Both the position numbers and the translations under genes were made by a program. The notes beneath the pieces are model-generated. The model ran no database searches, was not told the DNA's origin, and saw only the letters and a list, made by a program, of their open reading frames with translations. A stretch of DNA of 64,000 nt from Candidatus Kerfeldbacteria bacterium (GTDB lineage Bacteria; Patescibacteriota; Patescibacteriia; UBA10025; JAHIVO01). Each line of letters starts with the position of its first letter. The first letter of the stretch is position 1. Of this stretch, positions 59,662-64,000 are shown in pieces. The DNA is taken from assembly GCA_016214565.1 (NCBI GenBank), contig JACROE010000002.1:344007-408006 (forward strand). The letters are read 5' to 3'.

Positions 59662-60090
59662 ATGCTAACCCCAATCGCCATTGCCGCTGATCATGGCGGC
59701 TTTGAGCTCAAACAAGCGCTCATTGAAGCGCTCGACGCGCGAGGCTACCAGACCCACGATTTTGGCACTAAGACCAATGATCCGGTCGACTACCCGGACT
59801 ACATCCGTGACGTATGCCGCGCAGTCAGTAAGAGCTGGCACGGCATCCTGATCTGCGGCACGGGCATCGGCATGTCCATCGCCGCTAACCGGTTCCACGG
59901 AATCCGGGCAGCCCTCTGCCATGATACAGAGACGGCTCGGCTGTCGCGCCAGCACAACAATGCCAATGTACTATGTCTGGGTGGTCGAGTGCTTACCGCC
60001 GAACAGGCGATCGAAATTGTCACTGTTTGGCTGACCACCGAATTTTCCGGTGAGGAACGCCACCAACGCCGCCTCGACAAAATTGAATAA
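59662..60090 (+). CDS. rpiB: Ribose-5-phosphate isomerase B
   Basis: IAIAADHGGFELK...ILICGTGIGMSIAANR...RAALCHD. Confidence 0.85.
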   Translation: MLTPIAIAADHGGFELKQALIEALDARGYQTHDFGTKTNDPVDYPDYIRDVCRAVSKSWHGILICGTGIGMSIAANRFHGIRAALCHDTETARLSRQHNNANVLCLGGRVLTAEQAIEIVTVWLTTEFSGEERHQRRLDKIE

Positions 60091-60115
60091 CGACTCACAA
60101 CGCACACTCAAATCC

Positions 60116-60146
60116 GAGGGGAAGAATCATTTCCCCTCGTTTTATT
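60116..60146 (+). terminator. Rho-independent terminator after rpiB
   Basis: gagggg-aagaatcattt-cccctc-gttttatt. Confidence 0.55.
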
Positions 60147-60203
60147 ATCAGTCAGCCGCTGCATTATCACACCCCAGAGCAACCATAAGTAATCAAGGCA
60201 TCC

Positions 60204-60238
60204 AAAAAACACCCCCGAAGGGGTGTTTTTCGTTTTTT
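60204..60238. terminator. Bidirectional terminator hairpin
   Basis: aaaaaa-cacccc-cgaa-ggggtg-tttttcgtttttt. It serves the minus-strand RRM gene and/or plus-strand rpiB. Confidence 0.55.
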
Positions 60239-60264
60239 GCGAATATTATTCGCGAGAGTGATGA

Positions 60265-60528
60265 CTAGCGGGTGCGATCCTGCTGCGGGCGAGCTTCGCT
60301 CACCTTGACAGGTCGTCCACCGATCTCTTTACCATCGACTGACTGAACCGCTGTTTGCGCTTCGGCATCCGAGGACATTTCCACGAAGCCAAATCCGCGT
60401 GAGCGGCCGGTCATACGATCGGTAATCACTTTCGCTGACGTGACGGTGCCGGCCTCAGCAAATGCATTGCCGAGTTCTTCATCAGTCACGCTGTAGGAAA
60501 GATTTCCTACGAAGAGCTTGTTACCCAT
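60265..60528 (-). CDS. RRM-domain RNA-binding protein
   Basis: KLFVGNLSYSVT (RNP2) and RGFGFVEM (RNP1). Confidence 0.85.
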   Translation of the reverse strand: MGNKLFVGNLSYSVTDEELGNAFAEAGTVTSAKVITDRMTGRSRGFGFVEMSSDAEAQTAVQSVDGKEIGGRPVKVSEARPQQDRTR

Positions 60529-60674
60529 TTTGCGTTGTGTAGACTTAGTTGTTAACTCGCTCTTTCTAGGAAGACCTTTACCATACTAGCACGATTATGC
60601 GCTAGATTCCCTAAAAAAAGGCGAACAACCGCATGCTACCATGTGCGGTGGCGGGTGTCAATGAAGCGGCGCCC

Positions 60675-61250
60675 CTAAAATGGCAGGGTATAATTGAGCG
60701 ACGCGGTTACTTTTTCGTCCCAACCAGTCGTATCAATCGGTACCGTATGTACGTCCGGGCCTAATTTATACTTCAATGCCTTGTGCCGGAGGGCGTACTC
60801 GTAAATATCTCGCGTGATACGTACGTCGTCAGTGCAGTACTGGCGTAATTTCTCAATCTCGCCATTTTTCCACCACGTGATCGCATCAAGCCCCTTGCCA
60901 CTCTTATGAATCCCGAGCGTACCAGCAGCGAGCATATCCAGCGAGACCCGGCGTCCCAACGACTTATACACGGCACTCAAGAGATCGAGACTTTTTATTT
61001 TCGTCAGATCGCCAGGATAATATCGATTCAATACCGGAATATCAAAATAATCAGAATTGAAACCAATCATCAGATCGGTCTTCTCCAACAATTTCCAGAG
61101 TTTAGGAAATTCCGGCTCCATAAAACTGTGAAATGTATCAGTGTCATACTCATACACAACCAGCAGGGATATTTCCAGCTTCTGTGGATTGGCCGAACCA
61201 CGGTCGCCAAATCCATTCTTCGTTTCAATGTCGAATACAACTTTATGCAT
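60675..61250 (-). CDS. RNase-H-fold 3'-5' exonuclease (PolB exonuclease-domain-like)
   Basis: VVFDIETKNG (Exo I DxE), FNSDYFDIPVL (Exo II) and the Y...D region. Start trimmed to MHKVVFDIE. Confidence 0.55.
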   Translation of the reverse strand: MHKVVFDIETKNGFGDRGSANPQKLEISLLVVYEYDTDTFHSFMEPEFPKLWKLLEKTDLMIGFNSDYFDIPVLNRYYPGDLTKIKSLDLLSAVYKSLGRRVSLDMLAAGTLGIHKSGKGLDAITWWKNGEIEKLRQYCTDDVRITRDIYEYALRHKALKYKLGPDVHTVPIDTTGWDEKVTASLNYTLPF

Positions 61251-61352
61251 ATGAATTGACCTGTAGTGTACCAAAAAATACTAGCCCTGAAAAGCATTGA
61301 CAGCGCCAGCCCGAGGGAGTAGGCTACGAAAATAACCGCACATTCATCTTTC

Positions 61353-61631
61353 ATGGAGGATTGTATGAAGGTCTCGTTTTTGAATCCGGTCAACTGGATC
61401 ATCACGATCGCTCTGCTGATTGGCATGATACTCTCCTATGTCATCGGCTCATGGGTCTTCTGCCCGCTCCTCAGCGCAATTGAGCGCACCAAAGCTGGGC
61501 CAGGACTTCCCACCCCCATTTTCCTCATGCTCTTCTTGATCGTCTCGCCGTTTCTATTCATTCTCTGGCTTGAGTCCATACCGGAAACCATCCGGAGAAA
61601 TGCAGAAACGAACGACGTTGCAACCATCTAA
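61353..61631 (+). CDS. Small membrane protein (two transmembrane helices)
   Basis: ORF with two clear hydrophobic helices, followed by a terminator. Confidence 0.4.
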   Translation: MEDCMKVSFLNPVNWIITIALLIGMILSYVIGSWVFCPLLSAIERTKAGPGLPTPIFLMLFLIVSPFLFILWLESIPETIRRNAETNDVATI

Positions 61632-61657
61632 CATGGCACTTGGTGCCGCGCCCTAAC

Positions 61658-61696
61658 GCCCGTCTTGTTATTCAATGTAAGGACGGGCTTTTTTTA
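61658..61696 (+). terminator. Rho-independent terminator
   Basis: gcccgtc-ttgttattcaatgtaag-gacgggc-ttttttt. Confidence 0.65.
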
Positions 61697-61708
61697 TGGT
61701 AAAATGAA

Positions 61709-61969
61709 ATGCGTCAGCCTAAATCATTAACTGTCATCCATATGGTCCTCGATTTCAAAGACGATATCGTCGATGAAGACGGTATACTCAACCACTACTC
61801 CTATAGCGAGAAAATGGAAAAATTCGGATCGCTCATGAAGCTCGCCAAAGAAACTCATCAAAAACAACGCGTCGAGTTCAAACACAAAGGCCGCACCTAT
61901 GAATTCGTCGTGGATGGAGATGGTACGGGCAGTTTACGAAAAAAACCCATTACCTCAAGCTGGTTTTAA
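61709..61969 (+). CDS. Hypothetical small protein (86 aa)
   Basis: ORF only. Confidence 0.3.
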   Translation: MRQPKSLTVIHMVLDFKDDIVDEDGILNHYSYSEKMEKFGSLMKLAKETHQKQRVEFKHKGRTYEFVVDGDGTGSLRKKPITSSWF

Positions 61970-62483
61970 AGAAAGGAAAAAGGGTGCCCACAAAGATATG
62001 TCGGCACCCGTCTATGGCTTTCGTCAAGCGAACATGCGGAGTTGGCTACCGCCACAGACACAAAGTCGTGGAAAAGAAAAAACAAGAATATTTTTACAAC
62101 ACCATTTCACCATCAAACGCCTTCTTACAAGAGCTTGATCTCCGCGGGGATATCCCGACAGATATACAAATGCCGGCATGGCAAGAGAAAGGTGTTGGGA
62201 AAAACGGAAATATATATCAGCGCACCAAGCGCTGTGGAGCGCACGGTGTGCGTAATACGGATTTGAAAAAAAGTGTTTGTTTTTCCGTTTCTTGTCCTTC
62301 GCTATCCACGGATCGAGTCCGGGTTCGCTGGAGTAGAAAAGGTGCGAGCTGACTGTGTATAAGTATAACAAATTATTTCCACGTGTAAACAACTTTATCA
62401 ACAGTTTGAAACGTGATACGATACCCCTATCACGAGTATTGACAGTATCGAGAAATTAGGATATAGTGCTCGGTTATTACCCT

Positions 62484-64000
62484 ATGAGCCAATCAACTAC
62501 ACGTATCATGGAAAACGTCAGCGATACCATCGCCGTATTCCGTGAGCGCCACAATGAAGAATCAATTGCCGGAGCAAAAGATGAGCCAAAAGTGGCCGTC
62601 AATGAAACGGTCAGCAAAATGGCATATGTTTACGAAAAACTCCGCCAAGCGATTGATTATCAGGAAGAGCATCTGATTCGGAAAAATGCCATCGCCCGCA
62701 TCCTCAAACGGCGTATTTTTGTCAGCGATCGTCCGGCGCACATGGCTGCCCCGCTGATACGCGAACTGATTCGAGCTGGCTATTTGCCAAATAAATATTT
62801 CCCCGAACGGCGATTGCCAGACGTCGAATCCATTATTGTAAAATATGTTTACCTGATTGATGCCATCACCCGCACTATGCCCGACCCAAAAATACGTCGG
62901 CGATTGCATAATTGGACATTATCGGTGATGTCATTTGAAATAGAGGATTACCTAAAGCCATCCATTCGAGATGATGCTATGGTTGAATTGATGTACAAAA
63001 CATTGCATGAGCAAGTTGATTTATCAAAAGACATCTTTAATCCCGAGGATCGAGATATCCAAATATATATTGCCATTCATCGGGCTTTGATCAAGTCTGA
63101 CTCAGCCATGCTACGCTACCACCTGCTCTACTACTATGCTCCCCAATGGCGCTTCAGCACACCGACAGAAGCGGTGCCCTTCGCTCAGACACTGCCTGAT
63201 TTGATGAACCGCATCGAAAGCCAGATCAATCATCCAGTCAATGATCGGCTATACAATTACATGAAGCGTTTTGGTCCAATCTTTACTGTTCTCAAAGATG
63301 TTTTTCAAAATTTCCCCGACCGTGCCGATCAAATTGTTGGCGACCCAAATCAACTGGAACAAGCAGTTCATGATGCGTGCAATAAACGCTACACGACAGC
63401 GGCTGCCAAACTCAGTCGCGGTGTCGTGCGAAGCATTATTTATATTTTTCTCACAAAAACTATTCTTGCATTCACCCTCGAATTACCGTATGAAATTATT
63501 TTTTTGAAGCATGTTAAATTTCTTCCATTGATCATCAATGTTACCTTTCACCCAATACTCATGTTTTTGATCGCAACCTCAATGCGCGTTCCCGCTGATG
63601 AGAATACGCGAATAATTCTACAAGGCATTCGGGAGCTAGTGTACGATTTACCGGAAAAGGAAATTCTCAAGAAGCGCCAACGCACCGTCCGTTCAAGCGG
63701 AGTGCTCAATACAATTTTTAACATTTTATATGCACTCGCCTTTATTATCTCCTTCAGCGCTATTATCTGGGTGCTAATGTCTCTTGAATTCTCGATTGTC
63801 TCCGGCCTCTTATTCCTTTTCTTCCTGAGCGTTATCAGCTTCTTTGGTCTCCGTTTGCGTCAAACCGCTAAAGAATTGGTCATTCTTGATCGTCGAGACA
63901 ATTCACTGAATATTATTTTTGATTTTTTCGCATTACCCGTGCTGCGCGTCGGTCGATGGATTTCTCGAAAAACATCGAAGGTCAATGTTTTCATGTTTAT
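62484..64000 (+). CDS. Hypothetical protein running off the 3' end of the window, with C-terminal transmembrane helices. Not listed in the supplied ORF track
   Basis: Starting at the ATG at 62484, I translated this frame through about 63660 and found no stop; the remaining ~340 nt to position 64000 were not translated. The translated stretch reads MSQSTTRIMENVSDTIAVFRERH...ILKKRQRTVRS. The six-frame ORF track lists no ORF covering this span and instead shows an antisense ORF at 62562-62909 and a +2-frame ORF at 63271-63507. No domain was recognised. Confidence 0.6.
   Translation, partial: MSQSTTRIMENVSDTIAVFRERHNEESIAGAKDEPKVAVNETVSKMAYVYEKLRQAIDYQEEHLIRKNAIARILKRRIFVSDRPAHMAAPLIRELIRAGYLPNKYFPERRLPDVESIIVKYVYLIDAITRTMPDPKIRRRLHNWTLSVMSFEIEDYLKPSIRDDAMVELMYKTLHEQVDLSKDIFNPEDRDIQIYIAIHRALIKSDSAMLRYHLLYYYAPQWRFSTPTEAVPFAQTLPDLMNRIESQINHPVNDRLYNYMKRFGPIFTVLKDVFQNFPDRADQIVGDPNQLEQAVHDACNKRYTTAAAKLSRGVVRSIIYIFLTKTILAFTLELPYEIIFLKHVKFLPLIINVTFHPILMFLIATSMRVPADENTRIILQGIRELVYDLPEKEILKKRQRTVRSSGVLNTIFNILYALAFIISFSAIIWVLMSLEFSIVSGLLFLFFLSVISFFGLRLRQTAKELVILDRRDNSLNIIFDFFALPVLRVGRWISRKTSKVNVFMF

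Overview
The 64-kb window comes from a compact bacterial genome with short genes and few spacers. It is probably from a small-genome uncultivated lineage (CPR/Patescibacteria-like). This is inferred from an unlinked 16S rRNA gene, unusual gene fusions and a reduced SMC protein. About 60 protein genes are present. They include a pyrimidine-synthesis gene cluster (a PyrE-like gene and a fused PyrB-PyrI gene), SMC, a broken-up rpsP-KH-trmD operon, anaerobic ribonucleotide reductase nrdDG, a run of housekeeping genes on the minus strand, the rpsO-pnp operon, a P-type ATPase, a CCA-adding enzyme and membrane (GT-C-like) glycosyltransferases. One complete 16S rRNA gene is present and is not followed by 23S or 5S. 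Eleven tRNA genes were found by hand-folding. The hunt produced four main observations. First, a three-gene cassette encodes an ATP-grasp ligase, a membrane protein with about seven transmembrane segments, and an ATP-grasp domain fused to a DUF1704/QEGLA HExxH peptidase-like domain. This looks like a reversible peptide or amino-acid tagging system. Second, at four tRNA genes (Ile, Phe, Cys, Lys) a duplicated copy of the tRNA 5' end sits just upstream, followed by GC-rich hairpin clusters. In the Lys case the insert also carries a GIY-YIG nuclease gene. Third, a conserved element of about 100 nt occurs three times, each time ending exactly at position +1 of a tRNA. Fourth, a tyrosine recombinase with a degenerate active site lies next to tRNA-Arg. 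One ORF truncated by the window edge (62484 to the end) is missing from the supplied ORF track and was added. All product names rest on motifs I recognised by eye. No database search was run.
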